64,000 nucleotides of DNA from Scenedesmus sp. PABB004 (taxonomy: Eukaryota). The notes beneath the pieces are model-generated. The model did no database searches. It was not told the DNA's origin and worked only from the letters and a program-made list of their open reading frames with translations. The translations under genes and the position numbers were made by a program. This document shows, in pieces, positions 36,724 through 53,900 of the stretch (its first letter is position 1; each line of letters starts with the position of its first letter). The DNA lies in the NCBI GenBank assembly GCA_014905635.1, contig JABVCE010000025.1:186001-250000 (forward strand), written 5' to 3'.

Positions 36724-37487
36724 GCGGGCCGCGCCTGCCGCCCCGGCTTGCTGGGCGTCGCCTGCCAGCCCGCTCGGGCACCAACCTGGCGTGCGCCGGT
36801 CGCTGCGGCCGAGCGGAGGGCCCCGAGCCTGGCGCCCCGCCTCGGCGCTCCGCGCTGCGGCCGCCGCCGCGCCTGCCCGGAGGTTCACCCGGGGCGCCGA
36901 GGTGGCGCAACGCGGCGCGGGGAGCGAGGGCTGCGCGGGCGAGGGCTGCTGCAGCAGCAAGGCGCGTGCGTCGTGCGGCGGCGAGCTGGGGCGTTCTCCT
37001 CGTGATTGCTTGGACGGGACGGTTCCGCCTTGGCTGGCTGGCAGCAGGGCAAGAGGGAGGCGCCGCGCGGCCGCGGCAGGCGGCAGGGCTAGGCGTCGGC
37101 GGCAGCGGTCCAGCGCGGCGCAAACTCGCAGTTACGAACGCACCCCGAGCCTGAGTTTATTTATTGCGGGCGCGCGCGTGCAATGCAGGCATGCGAAATG
37201 CCGGTATGCCTGGGCGTCTGGTGCGTTCCTGCGAGCCCATGAATCACACTACCACACCGGCCCGCGCGCGCGCGCGCCGCCCCGCGCGCTGCACCGGCCG
37301 CGCGCGCGCCGCCGGCTCGCGGCGCGGCGCGCGGCGCGGTGGTGCGGCGGGGCGGCGGCGGCGCGCGCGCGGGCCGCGCGCGGGCGCGCACGCGCGCGCG
37401 CGCACAACACACCAACGCAGCTGCCGCGCCCCCGATGCGCATCCCCCCGCCGGCCGCGCCTTCGCGCAGCGCCCCGCGCCGCGCCGC

Positions 37488-38993
37488 TCAGTTGGCGACG
37501 GGCGGCGGGCGCAGCGGCTGCACGTGCCAGATGTCCTTGGCGTACTCCACGATCGTGCGGTCGCTCGAGAACTTGCCGCTGCCCGCGGTGTACACGATGC
37601 TGCGCCGCGTCCACTCGTCCTGGTCGCGGTACACCTGCGTGCGTGGACGCGCGCGGGCGCGGCGGCGCGCGGCGGGGGCGCAGGAGCGGGGTGGGCGCGG
37701 GCGCGGGCGCGTGCGGCTGTGCGGAGGCGACCGCGCGGTGGCGGCTGCGCGGCGTGCGGCGCGCGGCGCGCACCTTGTCGACCTCCTCCTGCGCCTCCAG
37801 GTAGCTCGCAAAGTCGTTGGCCACCAGGAACCAGTCGTTGCCGACCTGCGCGGCGCGGCGGCGCGGACAGCGGGCGGCAGAGTGTCGGCGGTCGGGCGCG
37901 CGCGCAGGCTGGCGCGGCGGCAGCGGGCGCGGCAGTGGCGGGGCGCGGCAGTGGGCGGGGCCCGCGCGTGCCTTCATGTTGGAGATGGAGTCCACGAGGG
38001 GCTTGAAGTACTCCTTGTCGCCAAACATGCCGCCCTCGATGTCGGCCATGATCGCGTCAAAGCTGCGGCACACGCACGCACGCACACGCACGCGACGCGG
38101 CGGCGGCGGAGTGAGCGCGTGAGCGTCGGCCCGCGCGCGCAGCGCGGCGCGGCGCGCCGCAGCCCCCGCGCCGGGCAGCCCGCGCCGGGCAGCCCGCGCC
38201 GGGCAGCCCGCGCCGCCGCGCACCGCGGGTCGGTCTTGAGGTTCTTGCGCTCCTTGCGCAGCTGCGGCACGTCGTCGGCGTCGACGCCAAAGACAAACAT
38301 GTTCTCCTTGCCGCTCTCCTCCGCGATCTCGATGTTGGCGCCGTCCATGGTCCCGATGATGAGGCAGCCGTTCATCTGGAACTTCATGTTGCTCGTCCCG
38401 CTCGCCTCGGTGCCCGCGGTGCTGATGTGCTGGCTCAGCTCCGACGCTGCGCGGCGCGCGGCGAGGGCGAGGGGCGAGAGGGAGGGGCGGCGTCAGGCGC
38501 GAGCGGGCCGCACACGACACGGGCACGCCATGCGCGCGTGAGCACAGGGGGGTGATGTGGCGGGTGCGGCGCGCACCGGGGATGATGACCTCGGCGGCGG
38601 AGACGTTGTAGTCGGGCAGGAAGTAGACGCGCAGGAGGTCCTTGGTGTCGGGGTCGGTGTTGATGAGGTCGCCCACCTTGACGACGAGGTGGATGATGCG
38701 CTTGGCCATGTCGTACGCTGCGCGCGCGCGCGCGCGCGTGCGTGTGGGGAGAGGGCGGCGCGGGGTGAGGTGAGGTGGGGAGGCAGAGGGCGGCGGGGCG
38801 GGGCGGGGCGGGAGGGCGGCGCGCGGGCGGTGCTGCGCGCGCTGCGCGCGCGGGGTCATCTGCGCGCGCGCGCGGCCTCACCCGAGGCGGCCTTGCCGGC
38901 GATCATGCAGACGCGGGGGACCACGTTCTTGCGCTGCGCGGGCGTCATGGCCTTGATGTCCTTGTAGCGCTGGATGATGGACAGCACGTTCAT

Positions 38994-39025
<32 letters not shown>

Positions 39026-39618
39026 TCTGTACGGTGAGGGGTGCGGGCGTGGGTGTGGTGTGGGTGCGAGCACGGCGTGTGGGTGTGGTGTGGTGGGAGC
39101 GCGGGCGGGTGGGTGCGGCGGTTGGCCGGGCGGCGGCCCTGCCCGGGGGAGGGCGGGCGGGCGGGCGGTGCGCCGCGCGGCCGGTGGTGCCGGCGCTGAC
39201 CTGGATGTCGAAGAGCGCGTTGAGGGGGATGTCGTCGCCGGTGAGGTCCTTGACCATCGCCGCGAGCTTGGCCTTGGCCGACTGCTTGACCGCGCGCCAC
39301 TTCTCCTGGAAGGCCTTGTCGGTCGCGTAGGGCTTGAGCTTGGCGAGCTCGTACGTGTCGGTGATCCAGCTGAGGGAAGAGAGAGGGAGAGGGGGAGAGA
39401 GAGAGAGAGAGGCGGGGGCGGGGGCGGGGGCGGGTGAGGCGGTGGCCAGGCAGGGCGCGGCGGCCGCGCCAATCCAGGGCCTGCGCCGCGCGCCGCCCGC
39501 CCGACCGCGGCGCGGCGCGCGCCGCCGGGTCGCCCGCGCGCGCGCCTGTCGCTGCCGAGCGTGTCGGTGATGAGCTTAGCGAGCGGGGGGTTGCAGAACG
39601 CGAGCCAGCGGCGCGGCG

Positions 39619-39649
<31 letters not shown>

Positions 39650-42599
39650 GGGGAAGAGCTTGTAGAAGTCGTTGAAGATGTCCGCCTGTGCGTGAACAGC
39701 GGCGCGACGCACGGCGTAAGCACGGCGCGGGGGGTCAGAGGAGGCGCGAGGCGCGCGCGAGAGGAGGCGCGAGGCGCGGGGGGGGGGGGGGGGCCGCGGC
39801 GCGGCGGCTTGCGCGCGCCTTGACGATCTCGCTGTGGATGTACGCCACGCCGTTGACCGCCGACGACGAGACGACCGCGAGGTAGGCCATGTTGACCTGC
39901 CTGCGCGCCCGCGGGGGGGGGGGGGGGGGGGGGACGCGCGCGCGCGGGCGGGGCCGCGCGCGGGGCGCGCTCAGCGGCGGCGACCGCGGCCGCGGCCGCT
40001 GGCGCCCAGCAACGCGCCGGCGCCGGCGCCGGCGCCGCGCCGCGCGCCGCCAGGCTCCTCACATCTCGTCCTTGACCCAGGGGTTCTCCTGGATGATGGA
40101 CATGCGCTCCACGAGCGCCTCGCGCTCCGCGGCCTTCAGGCCCGCGTACTTGTCCTCCAGGAACTTGGTCCAGCCTGGGCGGGGGTGATCCAGTGGCGGC
40201 GACCCGCGGTCGGCGCCGGGCGGGCGCCGGCGCGCGCGCAGCGGCACGCGCGCGCAGCCCGCCCGCCGCCGCTGTGCCCGCCCCGCCGCGCGCAGCAGCA
40301 GCCCGCGCGCGGGGCAGCCGCCGCCGCCGCCGGCCGGCGCGGGCGCGGGTGCGGGCGCGGCGCGGGGGCGGGCGCGGGGGGCGGACGCAGGGGGCGGGCG
40401 CGGCGCGCCGGCTCACCGGCGTTGATGATCTCGATGATCTCCATGTGCCGCGGCAGCATCTTGGCCAGCACGCGCACGGGCCACTTCTCGAGCGCCTCGG
40501 GCATGACGGTGTGGTTGGTGTAGTTCACGCACTGCGCGGCGCGGGCGGGGCCGCGGGGTGAGGCCGGCGCGGCGGCGCCAGCCGCGGCGGCAGCGGCCGC
40601 GGCGGCGGCCCGCCCCGCGCGGGGGCTGGGTGCGGCGCGGCGCCGCCGCCGCGCGCGCGCGCCTTGGTGGTGATGGACCAGGCGGCCTCCCAGTCGAGGC
40701 CCTCATTGTCGATGAGCAGCCGCATGAGCTCCGCGACCGCGATGGTCGGGTGCGTGTCGTTGAGCTGGAAGCAGGCCTTCTCGGGGAAGAGCTTCCAGTC
40801 GTCGCCGTGCTTGGCGCGGAAGCGCGCCATCACGTCCTGCACACGTGTGCGCGCGCGCGGGCGGGCGTGAGCGCGGGGCGCGTCGGCCGGCGCCCCCGCC
40901 CGATGCGCGCCCAAGGCCCGCGGCGGCGCAGGCGCCGAGCGCCACGCCCGCCGCCGCCACGCCCAGCGCGCCCGGGGGCGCAACGCTGGTGCCGGGGCCG
41001 CAAAGCTGGTGGCAGCAGCTCTGCCAAGTGCCACTGGCACCAGATTTGCGGCCCCGGCAACAGCTGTGCAACCCGGGCGCGCACCGCGCCGGCCGGCGCC
41101 CCGCCGCGAGGCTGCGGCGGCGGGCGGCGCTCCTGCTGCGCCGGGCCGCGCACCTGCAGGGAGGCTGAGACGAAGAAGTACTGCTGCTTGAGGCGCAGCT
41201 CCTTGCCCTCGGGCGTGGAGTCGTTGGGGTAGAGCACCGCGCTGATCGCGGCCGCGCGCTCCTTCTCCTCCGTCGCCTGCGCGTGCGCGAGGGGCGCGCT
41301 CGCGGGTCGCGCGTGAGCGCGAGCGCAGCGGCCGCGGCGGCGGCGGCGAGGGCGCTGCTGCGCAGCGGCGGCGGCAGCGGCGCAGCAGGTGCGGCGCGGC
41401 GGCGCGCCTTCTCGTAGTCGCCGGCATTGAAGGAGGTGAGGTCGAACTCGTTGACCGCCTCCGCGTCCCACAGGCGCAGGTTGGAGGTCGTCGTCGTCGC
41501 GTAGCCGGGGATGGGGTTGTCGTACGCGACCGCGACCACCTGCGGCGCGTGCGTGCGCGCGCGGCGACAGCGGCGGCGGAGGGGCGTCAGTCAGCGGGGC
41601 TGCGGCGCGCCGCGCGCGCGGCGGCGAGCCCCCGCCGCCGCCGCGCCGGCGCGCGGGCGCACCTTCTCGCCGGGCGTCCACGTGGTCTTGCCCTTGTCGG
41701 TCACGGTCTTGCCGCTGAAGCCGACCTGGAGGCGCGCGGGCGCGCGCGCGGGCACGGCGCCCGTCGGCGGCCGCCGCGCCGCGCCGGCGGCCGCAGCAGC
41801 GCAGGCAGCCCGGCCACCGCCCCGCCCGCCCGTCCGCGCCGCGCACCTCGAAGCGGATGTCGTGGCGCTTCACCTCCCAGGGATTGCCCTCGGTGAGCCA
41901 GATGTCGGGCACCTCCGCCTGGTAGCCGTCCTTGATGAGCTGCTTGAACATGCCGTACCTGCCACCGGGGCGCAGCGGGCGCGGCGCGGGCGGGGGCGCG
42001 GGCGGGGTCGGGGCCGGCCGCTGCGGCGCGGCGGCGCGGCGCGCGCCGGCGGGGGCGATGCAGCGGCGGCGCGGGCGGCCCGCAGCGGCGGCGCGCGGCG
42101 CGGCGGCGGCGTCGGCGCGCACTTGTAGCGGATGCCGTAGCCCCAGCCCGGGAGGTCGAGCGTGGCAATGGAGTCGAGGAAGCACGCGGCGAGGCGGCCG
42201 AGGCCGCCGTTGCCGAGCGCCGCGTTGTGCTCCTCGTCCGCGACCTCCTCCATCTTGTAGCCCATCTTCTGCAGCGCCGCGCCGTACTCGCCCTGGCGCG
42301 TGCACGCACGCAAATGTGGGCGCGCGGGGGTGTGAGGGCGGGCGCGAGGCGCGCGGGCGCGCGCGGCGCGGGGCGGCCGGGCGCGGCGTCGCGCGGGTGC
42401 ACGCGGGCGCGCTGCGGCCGCGGGCGGCGCACCCCGAGGCCGAGGTTGTACACGGTGTTGAGCAGCGAGCGGCCCATGAGGAACTCGGCGGACAGGTAGT
42501 ACACAAACTTGGGGTCCTGCTGCCTGCGCGCGCGCGCCGCGGCGGCCGCGGCGGCGTTCGGCGGCGGCGGCCAGCGGCGGCGGCGCGCGGGAGGGGGGA

Positions 42600-42634
<35 letters not shown>

Positions 42635-43225
42635 GCGGCGGCGTCCGCCCGCCGCGGCGCCGGCGCGCGCGCGCGCTGGCCCGCACGCAGCTGCGAATCC
42701 TCAGCAGCGCGTGGGCAGCGCGCACGCGCGCCGGCGCCGCCGCGGCGGCGGGATCTGGCGCGCCAGCGCGCGGGGGCCGCGCCGCGCGGGGCGGCGCCGC
42801 GGCGCGGCGCCCCCGCGGCGCCGCCGGCGCCGGCGGTGGCGCCGGCGCATCGCGGCGCCGCGCCGCGCCGCGCCCGCCTCGGCGTCGCGCGGCGGGCGTG
42901 CCACTCACTCCCAGTAGTCGTGGGTGTTCTCGAAGGAGTCGATCAGGTGCTCGCGCACGCTCCAGGCGGTGCCCTGGTAGATGTCGTGGGTGTCGAAGCC
43001 CTTCGTCTTGCCCAGGAGGTAGCGCAGCTTCTGCTGCACCTCCGTCTGGATGGGGCTCATCGCGCCCGACTTGGACGCCGGCTTGGCGGCCGGCTCGGCG
43101 ATGGCGCAGACGCGCAGCGCGCGGCGCCCGGCGCCGGGCAGCGCCGCGCGCGGCAGCAGGCCCGCGCGGCCGGGGGCGGCGCCGGAGGTGCTGGAGCGCA
43201 GGCTCCCGGGGCGAGAGAGCTGCAT
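37488..43225 (-). CDS. Plastidial starch (alpha-glucan) phosphorylase, multi-exon
   Basis: Transit peptide; [88 protein letters not shown] motif [10 protein letters not shown]. Confidence 0.97.
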
Positions 43226-43866
43226 GACGACGACGCGCGGCGGGGGAGCGCCGCGGTCAGAGGCCGGTGGGCGGGTGATGGGCGTCGCTGGGGGCCGGTG
43301 GCGCGCGGGGCGGCCCGATCGAATGCGGCGAGCGTCCGGCGGGGCCGGTGGACGGGCGGGCGGGGACTTGGAGCGCGCGGCGCGGCACACGACCGAGTTT
43401 TTGTGCGCGTGCGTAGGGTTGCTGTCATGCGCCGGCCGCAGCGCCGCCCACGCTCGTTCGCGCGGCCACGTCGCGCCGCGTTGTGAACGTCGCTGGCGTT
43501 GGCGGCACGCGTGGCCCGCGCTTGCTGGCGCTGCCGCCTATCCGGGGGGGGCAGCAGGGCGCGCCCCGATGCTGGCGGCCGCCCCGGGAGCGCCGTGGCG
43601 GTCGGGGCGATTCGCCGAGCGCCGGCGTGGGCCGGCGCGGCCCGCGCGGCGCGGGCGGCGGCAGCGCCGCGTCGCCGGTGCGGCGGCGGGCCGCGGCGGC
43701 CTGCCTGATGGGCTCGGATCGCGCATTCGGGGCGCGCCGGACCGCCCGCGGCCGGCTGGCCAGCCATGGACGCTCGCAGTCCGCGCCGCGCTGGCCGAGC
43801 GCCGCCCGCCCTGCGCGGCTGCGCACCCGACACGCAGCGACCGCTCCGAGGCGCGCTCCCGCGCCG

Positions 43867-43871
43867 TTACA
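43867..43871 (-). promoter_or_regulatory. TGTAA poly(A) signal (MCM2)
   Basis: ttaca on + strand ~150 bp beyond the MCM2 stop. Confidence 0.55.
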
Positions 43872-44020
43872 GGCCGCGCCCAGGCCCCGCCCTGCCCTAT
43901 GTGCACCGCCGCGCCACCCCGCGCGCGCGCCCCGCCCGACCGCGTGCCGCCGCCGGCGCCCGGCGCCCGGCGCCCGGCAGCAGCCAAGTTAAAGCCAAGC
44001 CAGCGCTCAGGTCTCGGTGC

Positions 44021-48880
<4,860 letters not shown>

Positions 48881-49459
48881 GGTGGCGCGGCGGGCGCTGC
48901 TGCGCCTGATCCCACAAGCGCGCGCTCAGGCCGGCGCCGGGGAGGCCGGGCGGCCGGGGCCGGGCGGGCGCTGCGAGCGCAGGGCGCGCGCGATGTGTTC
49001 GCGTCTGCTGCGGCGCGGGGACGCGGGGACGGGGAGACGGTGCGGCCGCGAAGGACGCGGGCGGAATGGCAGCGGCGGCGTGTGCGCGAAGGGGCGGCCA
49101 GCCTGGCTCGGGAGCGCGGGGGGCGGGTCTTGGCGCGCACCAGTTTGAACGCTGATCCCCGACCGCGGCGCTCCTGGTGCCGGTCCGCCGCCCCGCCGCC
49201 GCCCACGAGCTCTGTCTCGACGCGTTCCGTCGCGGGGAGCTCGTGCGCGTCCGTCCGCCGCACCGCGCCGCGGTGAGGCGCCGCCGCACTCGCGTGCCCG
49301 CTCGCGCGGCCTGCAGTGTCCACTCCGCCCTGCGCGGGCTGCGTGCCTGCAGGCACGGCGCGCGCGGCGGGCGCGCGGCGGCGCGCGGCTGGGCGCGGGG
49401 TTGCGCGGCGCCCGCCGCAGCCAGCGCGCGCCGCGGGCGCCCGCCGCCGCGCCACGCCC

Positions 49460-50128
49460 ATGCCGTGAGCTGACCACCAGGCAGCACCCTGCCGCGGCGG
49501 CCTGGGTCAGCAGGTCGCCGAGCTCGCTGAGGGCGAGGTCATACATTGGCCCGTGCCCGCCCGGCAGCACGATCGCGTCGTAAAACGTCGCGTGGTCAAC
49601 CTCGCCCAGCTTGACCGTGCACGCCAGCGCCAGCCACGCCTCGTCTGCGCTTGGCGTGGGCAATGGGAGTGAGGGGCGGCGGCGCGAGGGCTGGGCCGGC
49701 GCCGCGCGCTGCCGCCGCGCAGCGGGGCCGCGGGGCGGCGCCGCGCACCGTCTGCCAACATGCGCGCGGCGTCGGGCGTCTTGGCGTCGCCCTCCAGGCT
49801 GGTGGGGTCGATCTGCGGTGGCGGCGGGGGACAGGCCGGTCGCGCGGGGGTGTCGCATTCAGATCGCCGCCCCCGCAGCGCGCGCACAGGGCTCGCTGCG
49901 CCCGGCGCGCGCGCGCACCGGGACCGCGCCGCCGGCGGGGCTGGCGATCGTGATGTCGTAGCCGGCGTCGTGCAGCGCCCAGTACGGCTCGGCGAGCTCG
50001 GAGAGCCACAGCCCGGTCGGGACGCCGCTGTTGCCGAACGCGTTGCAGGACGTGGCCACGATGAGCACCTGTCCCTTCACCACTGCGTTGGCGTTCATCT
50101 CAAACTCGTGCGCGGCGGCGTGCGCCAT
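49460..50128 (-). pseudogene. DJ-1/PfpI (Hsp31-like) gene, 3'-truncated, lacking the catalytic Cys-His segment
   Basis: VLIVATS..PTGLWLSELAEPY..ASPAGGAVP/IDP..YDAIVLPGGHGPMYDL present; expected AVCHG and C-terminal half not found before the MCM2 promoter. Confidence 0.65.
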
Positions 50129-50299
50129 GACTGCGCGCTGGTGTCGGGGGCAGGGCAGAGGCGACGCGCAGGGCCACGCAACGGAGGCGCTCGAACGAAG
50201 GGACGGACGGGGGCTGCGCAAGCGAGCGACCACGACCACCGCCAGGCGAGGCGCAGCTGCGCGCGCGCGCGGTTTGGGGCCCAGCGCCGCGCGCCGTCG

Positions 50300-50440
50300 T
50301 CACAGCCCCTTCTCGCCGCCACCGGCCGTGCCCGCCTCCTCGGCGGGCAACGCCCACTGGCGCGCGTTGAGGTAGGCCATGCCGGCGGCGACAAACACAA
50401 ACCCGTAGCTCACGAGCGCGCGGTCCCACAGCCACGGCAG
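50300..50440 (-). pseudogene. Orphan 3'-terminal coding fragment resembling the ALG6 glucosyltransferase C-terminus
   Basis: LPWLWDRALVSYGFVFVAAGMAYLNARQWALPAEE..* with coding-type codons; resembles the last TM helix of ALG6 (P-x-L/W...YxN..QW); not in ORF track. Confidence 0.55.
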
Positions 50441-50674
50441 CGCGACCCGCGGCAGCAGCGCGGTCGCACGCGTCACGACCCGCGCCCTGGGTTTTGCGCG
50501 CGCCGCGGGCGAGACGCCCCGACGACCAGTGCACCGATCGCTCGCCAGGCCTCACCACTCAGCACCGCCGCGCGCAGCGCGGCAGCGACGAGACTCCGCC
50601 CCTGTGAGCGGCGGCGCAGCTCTGCTGCCGGCGCCGCCGCGAGCGGCAGCAAGCGAGCCCCGAGCGCCAGCGCC

Positions 50675-52369
50675 ATGGCCGAGCTCGCTCCCGGCGCCGA
50701 TCCGGTCGCTGCCGGCGAGGCGGCTGCCGGCGAGGCGGCGGCGCCCTACCCTGCTGCTCATGCTGCTGCCGCTCAGCCGGGCGCTGACGCGGCCCCCGCG
50801 GGCGTCCAGGACGCTGCTGGCGGTGTCTCGGGGACAAAACGCGCCGCGGAGGAGGAGCCAGCCGCTGGGAGCGGCGGCGACGGCGGCGAGGGCGGCGAGC
50901 AGCCGGCGGCGAAGAAGTCTCGCGTCGAGGCCCCCGAGGGCGCCGCCGCTGCGGAGGCCGAGAAGGGCCAGCCCGGGGACGCGGCGGCAGCGGCGGCAGC
51001 GGCGCCCGCGGCGGCGGCGGCGGCCGCGGCTGCGGCAGCCGCGCCGGGCGCGGACGCGGCGGCGCTCGCGGCGGCCGCCGCGGCGCCGCGCCCGCGGGGC
51101 GACGTGTTCTTCCGGGTGCTGGTGCAGAACCGCGCCGTGCCCAGCATCATCGGCAAGGGCGGCGGCACGGTGCGGGAGATCGAGGGCGGCACGGGCGCGC
51201 GCGTGCAGGTCATGACCCCCGTGCCGGGCTGCGACGAGCGTGTGGTCATCCTGAGCGCGGCGGAGGACGCGGCGCTGCCGCCCTACACGCACGGCGCGGA
51301 GCGCGCGCTGCAGGCCGTGCAGCGCATGCTGCTGCTCGACGCCGAGCCCTTTGCCGTGTACGCGCTTGACGCCCAGTACGCGGCCGCGGCGGCGGCGGCG
51401 GCGGCGGGCGGGCCCGCGTTTGCGCCCGCGCCGGCGCCGGCGGCGGCCAACGGCCACGCGGCGCCGGCGCCGGCGCGCGCCGACGCTGGCACCGCGGCCG
51501 GCGGCGCGGCGGCTCAGGCGGCCGCCGTGCCCGCGGCGGCCGCCGAGCCCGCGCCGGCGGCGGCCGCGCCCGCAGACGCTGCTGTCGCCCCCACGGACGC
51601 TGCCGCTGCGCCCGCCGAGGTTGCGCCGACCGAGGCCGCGCCCGCCGAGGCAGCGCCGACAGAGGCCGCGCCCGCCGAGGTGGCGCCGACAGAGGCCGCG
51701 CCCGCCGAGGTGGCGCCGACAGAGGCCGCCCCCGCGCCCGACGCAGCCGCGCAGGCCCAGGCCGCGGCGGCGGCCGCGCCCGCGGCCGCGCCGGCCCAGG
51801 CCGCGGCGGCGGCCGTGCCCGACGCGGCCGCGCAGGCCCACGCCGCGGCGGCGGCCGCGGCGGCGGCGGCGTACTATGCCGCGTACGGCGTGCACCCAGA
51901 CGCCGCGACGATGGCGGCCTGGCAGCAGGCTCAGCAGGCGCAGCAGGCGGCGCAGCAGCAGGCAGCTCAGCAGGCAGCGCAGCAGGCGGCGCAGCAGGCG
52001 CAGCTGCCGCCGGTGGAGCACATCGCGCGGCTGCTGCTGAGCCGCGGCCAGGCCGCGAGCCTGCAGGACGGCGACGCGCTCGCCGCGCTCGGCGCAACGA
52101 GCGGCGGCGCGCTCATCAGGGTGCTGGGCGCCGCGGACACGCCGCTGTGCGCGCTGGAGTGCGACCGCGTCGCGCAGGTCATCGGCACCGCACCGCAGGT
52201 CGCGGCCGCCGTCGCGCTGCTCGGCGCGCACCTGCGCCGCCATCCGCCGCTGGAGAAGCCCGGCGCGATGCACCCCGCGCTCGCGGCGCGCGTCGCCGGC
52301 GCGCGGCGCGCCCGCGGCGGCCACGGCTACGGCCCACCGCCGCCCGGCGGGCCGTTCGGCTACCGCTGA
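50675..52369 (+). CDS. KH-domain RNA-binding protein (FLK/PEPPER/PCBP-like), single exon
   Basis: FRVLVQNRAVPSIIGKGGGTVREIEGGTGARVQV..GCDERVVIL; second degenerate KH (PLCALECDRVAQVIG). Confidence 0.85.
   Translation: MAELAPGADPVAAGEAAAGEAAAPYPAAHAAAAQPGADAAPAGVQDAAGGVSGTKRAAEEEPAAGSGGDGGEGGEQPAAKKSRVEAPEGAAAAEAEKGQPGDAAAAAAAAPAAAAAAAAAAAAPGADAAALAAAAAAPRPRGDVFFRVLVQNRAVPSIIGKGGGTVREIEGGTGARVQVMTPVPGCDERVVILSAAEDAALPPYTHGAERALQAVQRMLLLDAEPFAVYALDAQYAAAAAAAAAGGPAFAPAPAPAAANGHAAPAPARADAGTAAGGAAAQAAAVPAAAAEPAPAAAAPADAAVAPTDAAAAPAEVAPTEAAPAEAAPTEAAPAEVAPTEAAPAEVAPTEAAPAPDAAAQAQAAAAAAPAAAPAQAAAAAVPDAAAQAHAAAAAAAAAAYYAAYGVHPDAATMAAWQQAQQAQQAAQQQAAQQAAQQAAQQAQLPPVEHIARLLLSRGQAASLQDGDALAALGATSGGALIRVLGAADTPLCALECDRVAQVIGTAPQVAAAVALLGAHLRRHPPLEKPGAMHPALAARVAGARRARGGHGYGPPPPGGPFGYR
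51610..51729 (+). repeat. 30-bp coding tandem repeat (PAEVAPTEAA x4)
   Basis: gcccgccgaggtggcgccgacagaggccgc variants in frame within the KH gene. Confidence 0.85.
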
Positions 52370-52902
52370 TCACGGGGGTGCCCGTGATTTGGCGAGAGTT
52401 GGGAGGGTAAACGAGGCACACGCGGCGAGACTCGGCAAGTCGGCGCACGCGGCGCGCGGCGGCGGCAGCGCGTAGAGCGGGCGGTGACGCGGTCACCGGT
52501 GAAGCGGTCACCGCCCGCTCCCGGCGCCCCCGCGGGCTCCGTGGCGCGTGGTGTGGCTTGCGGCCGACGATCGGCACCTGGCACAGCGCGCCCGAACGCG
52601 ACGTGCCGCGAAGAGGGCTCAGCGAACAAGTCAAGTGCCCCCCCGCTGCTGCAATCTGCCCGCCGGCCTCGCCGCGCGTAGACGTGACGTGAACAGGTGC
52701 TGGGAAACGGAAACGAACGTAGGCGGCCCGGCGGCAGCAAACGCCGCGCCCGAAAGCGGCGTCTGCCGCCGCGCGCTGCGGGATGGAGGGCGGCTGGAGG
52801 CGGTCGACTACCAGCAGTCACCGCGCCGGCGGGCGCCGGGCCTGAGGGATGCCGGGGGGCTGAGAGCGGGGCTGCCTCATCGCCTCAACCCTCATCGCCA
52901 AG

Positions 52903-53851
52903 ATGGCCGAGGAGGCCGGCGACGGAGCGGCGCCTCGCCCGCCTGGCGAGTTCGAAGCGCCCTCGGGCCAGCGCCCCGCGTGCCGCTGGCCCGGCGGCCC
53001 GCCGGCGCCGGCGGAGCAGCAGCAGGGGAAGCAGCAGGGGCAGGCCAAGAAGGGCGCGCAGGAGCAGCGCCGCCGGCACATGTCTGACAAGTTTATGATG
53101 TTCACCTACAAGATCAAGCTCTGCCGGCGCCAAGGTGCGCCGGCGCGGGGCGCGCGCCGCCGCGGCGGCAGCAGCAGGACGGCGGAAGCAGGACGACGCG
53201 CGCGGGCGCGCGCCGCCCGCGGGGGATGCGCCAGCGGCGGCCGGCATTGGCGCCGTGCGCGCCCAGCACCCGCCGGCGCGACGCGGCGAGCGCGGCGGCG
53301 CGGCGGTGCAGCGGCGCGGCGGCGGGCGCCGCCAACGCCGCGCGCCGCCCGCGCGCCGCAGACCCGCACAACTGGCGGCTCTGCCCCTACGCCCACCCGG
53401 GTGCGCGGCAGGGCGCCCGCGGCGCGCGCACGCGCGCGCACTAGGCGCCGGCGCGGCAGCAGCGCGCGGCGCCAGGGTCGGCCACCGTTCGGGGTGACAC
53501 TCCCGGCCGACCCGCACCAAACCCGCCGCCGCCCCGCTCCGCGCACGCAGGCGAGGCCGGCAAGCGCCGCCCGCCGCACGCCTACCAGGCAGTGATGTGC
53601 GACTTCAGCAAAGTGGTGAGCGCGCCGCGTTTGCGTCCGCGTCCGCCGCCCGGGGCCGGGGCCCGGCCGCCCACGCGCCGCGCCGCGCCGCGCCGCCGCC
53701 CGCGGCAGAAAAAGGAGTGCTCGCACGGCGAGGCCTGCCTGCTGGCGCGCAACGCCCTCGAGTACTGGTGCGGCGGCGCACGGGGGCGCGGGCAGGGGCG
53801 CCCGCGCCGCGCCGCCGCACGTCGGCGCCCGTTGTGCCGCGGCCCGGGACG

Positions 53852-53900
<49 letters not shown>

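Noticed and set aside
39779..39933. Long poly-G/poly-C tracts as G-quadruplex elements (also 23985, 59350)
   Set aside because: Non-coding homopolymers of unreliable length with no evidence of function
49129..49138. E2F-like site (TTGGCGCG) upstream of MCM2
   Set aside because: Plausible, but too likely by chance in this GC background to support
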